60,263 bases of DNA from Candidatus Binataceae bacterium. Its GTDB lineage: Bacteria; Desulfobacterota; Binatia; Binatales; Binataceae. The notes beneath the pieces are model-generated. The model was given only the letters and a program-made list of their open reading frames with translations. It searched no databases and was not told where the DNA came from. The DNA is taken from assembly GCA_036495625.1 (NCBI GenBank), contig DASXMQ010000185.1, positions 1-60,263 on the forward strand, read 5' to 3'. This document shows, in pieces, positions 36,473-45,250 of this stretch. The position numbers were made by a program, and so were the translations under genes. Within the stretch, counting starts at the first letter, position 1; each line of letters begins with the position of its first letter.

Positions 36473-36751
36473 TCACGTTCTACCCTTGAGGACGCGCGCA
36501 AGCGCCTCGTGCAGCCATGGGTCGATTTGCAGATCGCGATTCTTTTCCGACGCCAGGCGCAATTTTACACCGCAATTAGCGCAGATAAACGCGTCTTGAC
36601 TGAATCCAGCACGATCCTCGACAGCGAGGTGCAGGAACCACTCACTTATCGATCGCCGGCAGATTTCGCAACTTTTCTCGCTCATCGTAGGGGACAGGGG
36701 CCAGTCGATGGTTATATCATGGTTATGCCATTGATAGGGGTTGGGGGGCAT
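36473..36751 (-). CDS. Small zinc-ribbon protein (CEIC..CANC), hypothetical
   Basis: 92-aa ORF with GGAGGG 11 nt upstream of ATG 36751. Two CxxC pairs. A/T-richer codon choice than its neighbours. Sits directly upstream of lysK on the same strand. Confidence 0.45.
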   Translation of the reverse strand: MPPNPYQWHNHDITIDWPLSPTMSEKSCEICRRSISEWFLHLAVEDRAGFSQDAFICANCGVKLRLASEKNRDLQIDPWLHEALARVLKGRT

Positions 36752-36950
36752 GTTAGAGAATTCCCTCCAGGCCAGTGGTTGCCCCTACAAAACCTTCGGC
36801 TGCATTTTACCTCAAAGCTCGAAATTGGCGGCATCCGGAACGCACCGGACAGGGGGATATTTATTCGGCCAAGTGTGGCCCGCGGCGTGAACGGAGTGAT
36901 GCCGCGGCCCGAACCACGCCGGCCCTTGGCGACGGCATTTATTTCGTTTC

Positions 36951-37964
36951 ATGGACACCAATTTGACGAAGCATAAGATTAAGGAATTGCGCGCCCTGGT
37001 GACGGAAGGCGACCGGGTGGCGATCCTGCTGCAGGACGATCCGGATCCGGACGCGATGTCGAGCGCGATTGCGCTACGCACGCTTTTGGGCCGCAACAAG
37101 CTCACCACGCCGATCTTCAGCTTCACTCCGGTCACGCGGCCGGAGAACAAGACCATGATGCATCTGCTCGAGATCGAGATCGCGCCGGCCGACACCGAGG
37201 AACTGGCGGCCTTCGACCGGGTCGCGATGGTCGACGTGCAGCCGCCCTACTTCAACGGGCGGCTGCGCCGGGCTGACATCGTGATCGACCATCATCCGGG
37301 TTACGCGCCGAATAATGCCGCCTTTCAGGACGTGCGTCCCGGCTATGGCGCCACCGCGACCATCATGACCGAGTACCTGGTCGCCGCCGACGAACGCATC
37401 AGCGAGCGCCTGGCCACCGCGCTGCTCTACGGCATCCGCAGCGACACGCTGATGCTCAAGCGGCGCGTTACCGACAACGACATCTACGCCTTCACCCAGC
37501 TTTACCCGCACGCCAACTACAACCTGCTGCGCCAGATCGACCGGCCCGAGCTGCCGACGCGCTTCGCGCGCGTGCTGGCGCGCGTGATGCGCCGGTTCAA
37601 GGTCGACGACGGCATTGCAGTGCTGCATCTGGGCCGCGTCGAACGCGACGATCTGATCGTGCAGATGGCGGACTTCTGCCTGCAGTTCGAGGGCGTGGAG
37701 TGGGTGGTGGTGTCGGGCAAACTCGAGAACAACCTGGTGATCGCGGTGCGCAACCACGGGATCGGCCGGAGCAACGCGGGCGAGGTCGTGCGCAAATTGT
37801 TCGGCGAGATGGGCAGCGCCGGCGGACATCGCAACATGTCCAAGGCCGTGATCGCGCTCAAGGACTGGCGCGCCAGCGAAGGCACCGTGCGCGACGCCGA
37901 TATCGAAACTCGCCTGCGCGAGATGTTCAAGGCGCAAATCAGCGGCGACAACGACGACGACTGA
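36951..37964 (+). CDS. DHH/DHHA1 family phosphoesterase (NrnA-like)
   Basis: DPDPDAMSSAIAL, VMVDV, IVIDHHPG (DHH), GSAGGHRNMSKA (DHHA1 GGH). Confidence 0.8.
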   Translation: MDTNLTKHKIKELRALVTEGDRVAILLQDDPDPDAMSSAIALRTLLGRNKLTTPIFSFTPVTRPENKTMMHLLEIEIAPADTEELAAFDRVAMVDVQPPYFNGRLRRADIVIDHHPGYAPNNAAFQDVRPGYGATATIMTEYLVAADERISERLATALLYGIRSDTLMLKRRVTDNDIYAFTQLYPHANYNLLRQIDRPELPTRFARVLARVMRRFKVDDGIAVLHLGRVERDDLIVQMADFCLQFEGVEWVVVSGKLENNLVIAVRNHGIGRSNAGEVVRKLFGEMGSAGGHRNMSKAVIALKDWRASEGTVRDADIETRLREMFKAQISGDNDDD

Positions 37965-38066
37965 CCGGGCCTGGTCCCGCGTTCGCATCCGCCCGCTTCC
38001 GCGGTTGCTGATAACCCCGCAGGCGCGCGGTTTACCGCATGGGCGCCAGCGTCTATCGTGAAGAGG

Positions 38067-38339
38067 ATGAGCGTGCTCGAGGAGACAGTGGAGGTGACCA
38101 ATCGGCTCGGGCTTCATCTGCGCGCCGCCACCAAGCTCGCCGAAACCGCGCGCCGCTTCCAGGCGAAAGTTACGATCATCGGCACAGACGGGCAGGCCGA
38201 CGCGCGCAGCGTGATCAACCTGATGATGCTCGGCGCGGCGCAGGGCGCGCGCCTAAAGGTGCGCGCCGACGGCCCTGCTGCGCGCGCCGCGCTCGAAGCG
38301 GTGGAGCGCCTCTTCCAGGACCGGTTTGGCGAAGACTGA
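38067..38339 (+). CDS. HPr-family phosphocarrier protein (NPr-like)
   Basis: MSVLEETVEVTNRLGLHLRAATKLAE (active His) and ADARSVINLMMLG (regulatory Ser context). Resembles recalled NPr [23 protein letters not shown]. ORF 38058..38339 trimmed to ATG 38067. Confidence 0.85.
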   Translation: MSVLEETVEVTNRLGLHLRAATKLAETARRFQAKVTIIGTDGQADARSVINLMMLGAAQGARLKVRADGPAARAALEAVERLFQDRFGED

Positions 38340-38379
38340 TTTGGCGAAGACTGAGAAAGACTGATTTGGCGAAGACTGA
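38325..38379. repeat. 15-bp tandem repeat TTTGGCGAAGACTGA containing the HPr stop codon
   Basis: Copies at 38325..38339 (the last four codons FGED plus TGA), 38340..38354 and 38365..38379, with a partial copy gaaagactga at 38355..38364. Confidence 0.9.
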
Positions 38380-38678
38380 TCGGACTTGCCCTCCGCAACC
38401 GTGCAAAATTATGCTCTTTGGAGCGGCCCGGCAGCATCGGCTGACCGTGGGGCGCTCGGCCGCTATCCGGCCGTACCTTGATCGCGCGTCAGCCGTTGGC
38501 TATATCAAGTCATTCGTTTCTTCATCCCGCGGATGGAACACCTTCACCTATCGAACGTTGTGCGGCGGGCGCTCGCCGCGCATCCAATCCAGACATTGCC
38601 TTGCCGCCGGGCCGGACGAGCCTGCTGAACACTGAAGCCGGGCGTTGCCACGGCCGCCTCTCAAGGAGATCTCGCTAA

Positions 38679-39866
38679 ATGCCGCTCAAGGACTTTCTCT
38701 TCACCTCGGAATCGGTCGCCGAAGGCCATCCCGACAAGATGTGCGATAAGATTTCAGACGCGGTGCTCGACGCGCTCATCGCCGAGGACCCCAACTCCCG
38801 CGTGGCGCTGGAATCGCTGGTTAAAACCGGGCTCATCGTGCTGGCCGGCGAGATCACCAGCCACGCGCATCCGGACTTCGTCCGCATCGCGCGCGATACT
38901 GCGCTCGAAATCGGCTACAACCACATCGACACCGGCTTCGACGGCAACAATTGCGCCGTGCTGACCGCGATCGAGCCGCAATCGCTGGACATCTCGCAGG
39001 GCGTCACCGAGGGCGAGGGGCTGCATAAGGAGCAGGGCGCCGGCGATCAGGGGCTGATGTTCGGGTTTGCGTGCGATGAAACCCGGGAGCTGATGCCGCT
39101 GCCGATCGCGCTCGCCCATCGCCTGATGGAAAACCTCGCCACCCTGCGCCATCAGGGCAAGGCGGATTTCCTGCTCCCCGACGGCAAAAGCCAGGTCACG
39201 GTGCGCTACGCGGGCGGACGCCCGGTTGAGGTCACCACCGTGGTGGTCTCGACGCAGCATCGGCGCGATGTCGGCCATGCGACCGTGCGTGAAGCGGTTA
39301 TCGACGAACTGATCAAGCCGACCATCCCCAAGCAGTTCCTGACCAAGGACACCGTCATCCACGTCAACCCCACCGGCACCTTCGTGGTCGGCGGCCCGCA
39401 TGGCGATTGCGGCCTCACCGGCCGCAAGATCATCGTGGACACCTACGGCGGCTACGGGCGCCACGGCGGCGGCGCGTTCTCGGGCAAGGATCCGAGCAAG
39501 GTCGATCGCTCGGCCTGCTATATGGCGCGTTACGTGGCCAAGAACGTGGTGGCGGCGGGGTTGGCGAGCCGCTGCGAAATCCAGGTGGCGTATGCGATCG
39601 GCGTGGCCGAGCCGGTTTCGATCCTGATCGACACTTTCGACACCGGCACGGTGCCGGACCAGAAACTGGCCTCGGCGCTGCGCGAACTCTTCGATTTCCG
39701 CCCCGCCGGGATCATCAAGACGCTCGGGCTGAAGCGGCCGATTTACAAAGCCACCGCCGCCTACGGCCACTTCGGCCGCACGCCGCACAACGGGCTCTTT
39801 CCCTGGGAGCAGACCGACATGGTCGACGCGCTGCGCAACGCGTTCGGGCGCGACGGCGCCCGCTGA
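38679..39866 (+). CDS. metK: S-adenosylmethionine synthetase
   Basis: [82 protein letters not shown]. Confidence 0.95.
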   Translation: MPLKDFLFTSESVAEGHPDKMCDKISDAVLDALIAEDPNSRVALESLVKTGLIVLAGEITSHAHPDFVRIARDTALEIGYNHIDTGFDGNNCAVLTAIEPQSLDISQGVTEGEGLHKEQGAGDQGLMFGFACDETRELMPLPIALAHRLMENLATLRHQGKADFLLPDGKSQVTVRYAGGRPVEVTTVVVSTQHRRDVGHATVREAVIDELIKPTIPKQFLTKDTVIHVNPTGTFVVGGPHGDCGLTGRKIIVDTYGGYGRHGGGAFSGKDPSKVDRSACYMARYVAKNVVAAGLASRCEIQVAYAIGVAEPVSILIDTFDTGTVPDQKLASALRELFDFRPAGIIKTLGLKRPIYKATAAYGHFGRTPHNGLFPWEQTDMVDALRNAFGRDGAR

Positions 39867-39977
39867 CCGGCAGACGGTTCGCCGACCAGCCGCGGATCGC
39901 GATCCGCAAATAACACCCTGGGACGCGCGGGCGCACTCGCGCATGCGCTCCCTTCAAAATCCGGAGAGAGGATTCAG

Positions 39978-41291
39978 ATGGAGGCGAAAACCAGCAAGCG
40001 CAAACTCATGTCCGCCGCGGCGCGCGCCGGACGCGCCCTGCCCCACGACGTCCACGACCTCGACCTTGCCGAGGCCGGACGGCGCAGGATCGAATGGGCC
40101 GACGAACAGATGCCGGTGCTGCGGATCATCCGCGAGCGCTTCGCCAAGGACAAGCCGCTTGCCGGCCAGCGCCTCAGCGCCTGCCTGCACATCACCACCG
40201 AGACCGCCAATCTGTTGCGCACGCTCAAGGCCGGCGGCGCCGAGGTGCTGTGCTGCGCCTCCAACCCGCTTTCGACCCAGGACGACGTCGCCGCCGCGCT
40301 GGTCAAGGAATACGGCATCCCGGCCTACGCCGTGCACGCCGAGGATCGCGACACCTACTACAGCCACCTGCGCGCCGTGCTCGAGGCCCATCCGACGATC
40401 ACGATGGACGACGGCGCCGACCTGGTGAGCCTTCTGCACACCGATTTTAACGATCACGCCGCCGAAGTGCGGGCCTCGATGGAAGAGACCACAACCGGCG
40501 TCATCCGTCTGCGCGCGATGGAGCAGGACCGCGCGCTGCGCATCCCGGTGGTCGCGGTCAACGACGCGCAGACCAAGTATCTGTTCGACAACCGCTACGG
40601 CACCGGCCAATCGACGCTCGACGCGATCATCCGCGCAACCGGCGTGCTGGTCGCCGGTTCGGTGGTCGTGGTGGCGGGCTACGGATGGTGCGGGCGCGGC
40701 GTGGCGTCGCGCGCTCGAGGCCTTGGCGCCAACGTGATCGTGACCGAGGTCAACCCGATCCGCGCGCTGGAAGCGGCGCTCGACGGCTTCCAGCTGATGC
40801 GGATGGCGGAAGCGGCGCGCGTTGGCGACATCTTCATCACGGTAACCGGCGACCGGCAGATCCTCGCCCAGAGCCACATGATCGTGATGAAGGACGGCGC
40901 GATCATCTGCAACTCGGGCCACTTCGACGTCGAGATCGACCTGCCAGGGCTGCGCAAGCTCGCGCGCCGTGTCGATCGCCACCCCGAGCGCGAAGTCGAG
41001 ACGTTCCATCTGCGCAACGGGCGCAAGCTCTATCTGCTCGGCCAGGGGCGCCTGGTTAACCTCGCCTGCGCCGGCGGCCATCCCGCCCAGGTGATGGACA
41101 TGAGCTTCGCCACGCAGGCGATGGCCGCGGCATGGGCATCGGACGCGCAGCTCGAGGTCAAGGTGCATAACGTGCCGCTCGCGATCGAGGACGAAGTCGC
41201 GAGCATGAAGCTCGCCGCGATGGGAATCAAAATCGACCGGCTGTCGGCCGAGCAGAAGAAATACCTGGCGAGTTGGCAGAGCGGCACCTGA
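39978..41291 (+). CDS. ahcY: Adenosylhomocysteinase
   Basis: LHITTETANL, ASNPLSTQDDVAAAL, EETTTGV, NDAQTKYLFDNRYGTGQS, VAGYGWCGRGVA, NSGHFDVEID, GHPAQVMDMSF. Confidence 0.95.
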   Translation: MEAKTSKRKLMSAAARAGRALPHDVHDLDLAEAGRRRIEWADEQMPVLRIIRERFAKDKPLAGQRLSACLHITTETANLLRTLKAGGAEVLCCASNPLSTQDDVAAALVKEYGIPAYAVHAEDRDTYYSHLRAVLEAHPTITMDDGADLVSLLHTDFNDHAAEVRASMEETTTGVIRLRAMEQDRALRIPVVAVNDAQTKYLFDNRYGTGQSTLDAIIRATGVLVAGSVVVVAGYGWCGRGVASRARGLGANVIVTEVNPIRALEAALDGFQLMRMAEAARVGDIFITVTGDRQILAQSHMIVMKDGAIICNSGHFDVEIDLPGLRKLARRVDRHPEREVETFHLRNGRKLYLLGQGRLVNLACAGGHPAQVMDMSFATQAMAAAWASDAQLEVKVHNVPLAIEDEVASMKLAAMGIKIDRLSAEQKKYLASWQSGT

Positions 41292-41355
41292 GAAAAGAGC
41301 TTCAAGCGTGCGCACGTTCGTCGGCGCGATGCGCGCGCCGCGGCGAATCCGGGCT

Positions 41356-41805
41356 TTATTTCGGACGATGCTGTACCATCAGGCTGCCGACCGACACCTG
41401 TACCGCTTCGCCATTCTGATTAAAAGTCGTCGTTCGTATCTTGATCAATCCAAGATCGGGACGCGACTTCGAGGACCGCACCTCGAGCACCTGGCTTTCG
41501 ATGCGTAGCTCGTCGCCGGGGCGCACGGGCCGCGGCCAACGGAACTCATCGAAGCCGAGTCCGACGATTCCGCCTGCGGGCCTGAGCTCGCTTTCCACCA
41601 GAAGACGCATGGTGACGGCAGCGGTATACCAGCCGCTCGCCACCAACCCATGAAATATCGTGTGCTCCGCGGCCGCCGCGTCGAGATGGAACGGCTGCGG
41701 ATCGAATTCCGCGGCGAAGCTTTTGATCCGCGCCTCATCGATGCGCAAGCGGCCGGACCCAAAGGTCTGTCCCACCGCAAAGTCCTCGAGATAATGCTCG
41801 ATCAT
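41356..41805 (-). CDS. MaoC-family (R)-specific enoyl-CoA hydratase/dehydratase
   Basis: FAAEFDPQPFHLD..TIFHGLVASGW..FRWPRPVRPGDEL, hot-dog fold pattern. Confidence 0.85.
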   Translation of the reverse strand: MIEHYLEDFAVGQTFGSGRLRIDEARIKSFAAEFDPQPFHLDAAAAEHTIFHGLVASGWYTAAVTMRLLVESELRPAGGIVGLGFDEFRWPRPVRPGDELRIESQVLEVRSSKSRPDLGLIKIRTTTFNQNGEAVQVSVGSLMVQHRPK

Positions 41806-41810
41806 TGCGG

Positions 41811-42749
41811 CTATCCGGCCCGCGAGAACGTTTCGAGATGTCCCGCGACAAAGTCATGGACGCTGGTCGCAGGCCTGCCAGCGATTGCTTCCACGTCGCG
41901 TGTCATCCGGTCATATCGATTAGCGGCATGAAGACGCGCCATCGTTGCGATATGCCTCAAGACATGGTCGGGAAGATTCAGGTTTTGAAGGTCGTGATCT
42001 CGCCATTGTTCAAAAGGCACATCGACATAGGTGACCGTCCGGCCCAGCGCAGCCGAGCATTCCGCCGCCATCTCATTCATGGTCAGCGATCTTGGTCCGG
42101 TGAGCTCGTAGATTTTTCCTATGTGTGCCGCGGGTTTTGCCAGAATAGCCGCGATGACCTCGGCCACGTCGCGAGCCGCTATCGGAGAGGTGCGTCCGTC
42201 GCCGAACGGGAGACGTATCGTGCCGTTTTCCGCGATGGACCGGGCAGCGAGGACCATGAATAAGGGGTTTTCAAGGAAAATCGTGGGTCGCACGTGCACC
42301 ACCGGAAGTCCGGACCAGTTCAACACCAATTCGGCCAGCAAGTGCTGCCGATGCTGCGGGGAGTCGGTCATTTTGCTCAAGCTCATCTGCGAGACGGTCA
42401 TCTGCGAGATGTTGACGAATACCTCCAGGTCGGCGCGCTCGCGGGCAACGGCTGCCGCGACGACGCTCGCCTCCAGATAACCCGCGGAAACGCTCATGCC
42501 GAAGTACAAGCGTCGGCAACCCGCCAGGGCATGGGAGATATCCGAAGCGTTCATCATATCGCCCACCACTACTTCGGCGCCGGTTGCGCGCAACGCATCG
42601 GCGCGCGCATCCTCGCGTCGGACCAAAGCGCGGACCGCGCGGCCGCGCTTGCGAAGCAATTCGACGATTGTGCGGCCTACCGCGCCGACCTGGCCGGCAG
42701 CCCCGGTGACCAGAATAGGTCGCTCGTCTTTGGAATCGACTTGAGGCAT
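41811..42749 (-). CDS. NmrA-family NAD(P)-binding protein
   Basis: ILVTGAAGQVG Rossmann motif. NmrA-like length and pattern (VVGDMMN..LYF..HVRPTIFLEN). Confidence 0.8.
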   Translation of the reverse strand: MPQVDSKDERPILVTGAAGQVGAVGRTIVELLRKRGRAVRALVRREDARADALRATGAEVVVGDMMNASDISHALAGCRRLYFGMSVSAGYLEASVVAAAVARERADLEVFVNISQMTVSQMSLSKMTDSPQHRQHLLAELVLNWSGLPVVHVRPTIFLENPLFMVLAARSIAENGTIRLPFGDGRTSPIAARDVAEVIAAILAKPAAHIGKIYELTGPRSLTMNEMAAECSAALGRTVTYVDVPFEQWRDHDLQNLNLPDHVLRHIATMARLHAANRYDRMTRDVEAIAGRPATSVHDFVAGHLETFSRAG

Positions 42750-42982
42750 GTTCCACCTTGGCGAGGTTCAGCCAGAGCAAGTCCGGTTTCCAGCTCGGCT
42801 GAAGGCTCAAGAAATGCCGACGGCCATTTCTTAAGTAATCAGCATAAAACCGAAATGTGAAGAAGACCGGCTTTCTGCCTTTGGTTTCCGGCGATAGAGC
42901 CCTTATGGCGCTGGCAGCGAGAACCGCCTTTTTCTTTGCGGTACACAGACATTCGCGCTTCCTCGCTCGATCGCCGCCTCAA

Positions 42983-43007
42983 CCCTCCCCCAAAACACGG
43001 GGGAGGG
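42983..43007. repeat. Perfect 9-bp G/C inverted repeat (hairpin) in a divergent intergenic region
   Basis: CCCTCCCCC-aaaacac-GGGGGAGGG. Lies between the divergently oriented NmrA-like gene and the glycolipid-binding-domain gene. Confidence 0.6.
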
Positions 43008-43121
43008 AGTCAACCAACTCGGAGCCGCCGCGAAGCGGGCACTACAGGTGGCCTCACGCCGGTGGTTAGAATGAGTTAGAGGTCAGCGAAATTTTTCGTT
43101 GGTTCCGAGGGTTCGATCGAT

Positions 43122-43679
43122 ATGGACAGACTCATTGTCGCTCGATGGCAGGACTGGTCTGGCAAGGGAGTCGAGCATGCTGTCGTCAAATGCGGGAAGG
43201 AATCGAATATCGCGGATGGTGTCGTAATCGGTACCGCCGAGGGCCAGAACTTTGCCGTGCGATATCAAATTCAATGCGACCGCTCGTGGACCCTTGAACG
43301 CGCCAGCATTGAGATTGTCGGCGAGCAACGGAAGGTGGAATTGGTAAGTGACGGTCGCGGGAAATGGACGGACGGGTCCGGGAACCCGCTTCCTGAGCTC
43401 AACGGTGCAATCGACATTGATCTTTCGGCGAGCCCATTTACCAACACTCTTCCGATACGCCGCCTGCAACTGAACAAGGATGGTTCTGCAGAAATCCGCG
43501 CAGCTTATGTACACTTCCCCGATCTCGCAATCGTCGGCGATCCTCAGCGATACACTTGCCTCGAACCGCTCAAGCGCTATCGATACGAATCGCTCGACAG
43601 CGACTTCGTCCGCGAGATCGAAGTGGACAAGGACGGTCTGGTTGTCACCTATCCGGGCTTATTCAGACGGCTCGTCTGA
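43122..43679 (+). CDS. Putative glycolipid-binding domain protein (PF06475-like)
   Basis: WQDWSGKGVEH..VRYQIQCD..DIDLSASPFTNTLPIRRL..AAYVHFPDL..QRYTC..YRYES..VTYPGLFRR. Preferred over the overlapping minus ORF 43083..43514. Confidence 0.7.
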   Translation: MDRLIVARWQDWSGKGVEHAVVKCGKESNIADGVVIGTAEGQNFAVRYQIQCDRSWTLERASIEIVGEQRKVELVSDGRGKWTDGSGNPLPELNGAIDIDLSASPFTNTLPIRRLQLNKDGSAEIRAAYVHFPDLAIVGDPQRYTCLEPLKRYRYESLDSDFVREIEVDKDGLVVTYPGLFRRLV

Positions 43680-43720
43680 GTTTCAGGTCGATCGGGGCAG
43701 CCCGCTTGAAGGATGCGGAG

Positions 43721-44416
43721 TCAGCTGCTCGGCAGCCAGCGGCGGCGGCGCGCCAGTTCGCCGCCGGCGAAGCACACCATGATCGACGCGAGCGCGATGA
43801 AAAAGCGCGGCGAGGTCGGATGCCATAGCGCGTCGCCGAGGAACGCGAACAGGATGGTTCCCGGGATCATCCCGATCATGCTCGCCCAGAAGTAGTCGCG
43901 GAAGGTGATGGGCGAGGCGCCGGCGAGCAGGTTAAGCGCGTTGTACGGGACGAGCGGCACGAGCCGCAAGTAGAAAATGATCTGAAAGCCGTGGCGTCCG
44001 ATCTGCGCGAGCAGCTTTTCGAACCGCACCCCCACCAGGTGCTCGACGAACGAACGTCCGAGAAAGCGGCCCGCGGCAAATGCGATCAGCGCACCCGCGT
44101 CCGCTCCCAGCAACGAGTAAACCGCACCCCGCAGCGCTCCGAACGCAAGACCGCCCGCAATCGTCATCACCGCGCCCGGGACGAGGAACGACGGGCCTAC
44201 CGCGTATAGCAGGATGTACGCGATCGGGCCCCAGATGCCCCAGCGGAGAACTTCGACCTTTATCAGCCGGGGATTCTCGAACCATTCGGTGTGCGTCCAC
44301 AGAAGCCACGCCGATCCTCCAACGAGCAAGAGGACGAGCGCGATCTTGAAGATTCCGAGCGGAGAGAGAATGCGGGGCGGATCTTCGGGGGCTTGTATGG
44401 GACTGATGGCGGCCAT
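43721..44416 (-). CDS. TVP38/TMEM64 (DedA-related, SNARE-associated) family membrane protein
   Basis: GPIAYILLYAVGPSFLVPGAVMTIAGGLAFG..LRLVPLVPYNALNLLAGAS..GMIPGT. Confidence 0.8.
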   Translation of the reverse strand: MAAISPIQAPEDPPRILSPLGIFKIALVLLLVGGSAWLLWTHTEWFENPRLIKVEVLRWGIWGPIAYILLYAVGPSFLVPGAVMTIAGGLAFGALRGAVYSLLGADAGALIAFAAGRFLGRSFVEHLVGVRFEKLLAQIGRHGFQIIFYLRLVPLVPYNALNLLAGASPITFRDYFWASMIGMIPGTILFAFLGDALWHPTSPRFFIALASIMVCFAGGELARRRRWLPSS

Positions 44417-44626
44417 CTTTGGCCCGCGCGCGCGGGCGATTAATGATACGGGTCGCTATGCCGCATAGACAATAACCGTCGTCGTCGGCGCCGTTACTTT
44501 TTTTGTTTTTTCCATATCCTTAGGCTGGAGCGGACTTAAATAGGCGGAGCCACTCCATTCCGCAACAGGTAACGGGCCGTTAAGGGGTCAGCGCGCGCGA
44601 TCGGATTGCTTCCAAGCCGTCGATCG

Positions 44627-44650
44627 TCGTTATTAGGGCATCGTTATTAG
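44627..44650 (+). promoter_or_regulatory. Direct repeat TCGTTATTAG-N4-TCGTTATTAG upstream of the membrane-protein gene
   Basis: Copies at 44627..44636 and 44641..44650, 17 nt before ATG 44667. Confidence 0.3.
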
Positions 44651-44666
44651 AGGCCCGGGCAGGCGC

Positions 44667-45203
44667 ATGAAGGTAGCGACTAAGCTGGCATTGATAGGCG
44701 TGGGTTACGGTCTCTCCGTCGTCGTCGGCATCGCCGCTGTCGCCGTCAACGAGCTGCGCATCGCCGAGGACATCAAGCAGACCTCCGGCGGTATGGTTGC
44801 GTTCGGCGACATGATCGTGTTCGTGCTGGCCGCAGGGGTCTTCAGCCTGGCGCCGACCTGGTTTCTGCTGAAGCTGTGCGTCGAGAAGATCCCGCGCACC
44901 CTGCTCGCCGCCGAACTCCTGATCGCTGCGACTGGACCGGCGAGCTGGCTTACGCTCAGGTGGATGGCGGCGGGCGCCAGCCCCCAGAGCCTGCCTCAGG
45001 CCTTCGCGGGAGTGCTCGGCGTGTTCATCGCTTTCGGCGCGATCCCACGCATCGTCTTAGGCCCGGTCCTGGTGATGATTGAGGTAGCGACCTTCTTCAT
45101 GGCCCGCGAGCGGCTCGCGCGCACGCTCCTAGCTGCGGCGATGCTGATGGACCTGATCCCGATGGGTATGTTCGCGCTGCATATGGTGACCGCGATCCAC
45201 TAG
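44667..45203 (+). CDS. Hypothetical integral membrane protein
   Basis: 178 aa with about 5 hydrophobic segments. No family recognised. Confidence 0.5.
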   Translation: MKVATKLALIGVGYGLSVVVGIAAVAVNELRIAEDIKQTSGGMVAFGDMIVFVLAAGVFSLAPTWFLLKLCVEKIPRTLLAAELLIAATGPASWLTLRWMAAGASPQSLPQAFAGVLGVFIAFGAIPRIVLGPVLVMIEVATFFMARERLARTLLAAAMLMDLIPMGMFALHMVTAIH

Positions 45204-45250
45204 ACGCTTGCGACCGCTCCTCCAATCGTGGTCGGGCAGCCGCACACCAT

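Noticed and set aside
38325-38379. Short tandem repeats considered as a CRISPR-like array (also 28339..28383 and 16136..16237)
   Set aside because: The units are only 9-15 bp and directly abutting, without unique spacers, and no cas genes are present. They are slippage-type tandem duplications.
39954-41315. 453-aa minus-strand ORF
   Set aside because: Antisense to ahcY (unambiguous). No motifs.
42857-43069. 70-aa GTG-initiated ORF in the divergent intergenic region
   Set aside because: No SD and no homology signal. It spans the GC hairpin, and its composition is not gene-like.
43095-43125. GGTTCGATC string resembling a tRNA T-loop
   Set aside because: No acceptor, D or anticodon arms can be folded around it. 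It sits at the SD/start of a protein gene. I recognised no tRNA in any of the intergenic regions I read.
43083-43514. 143-aa minus-strand ORF overlapping the glycolipid-binding-domain gene
   Set aside because: The plus-strand frame carries the PF06475-like signature (SPFTNTLPIRRL, YRYES, YPGLF). The minus frame has no recognisable features.
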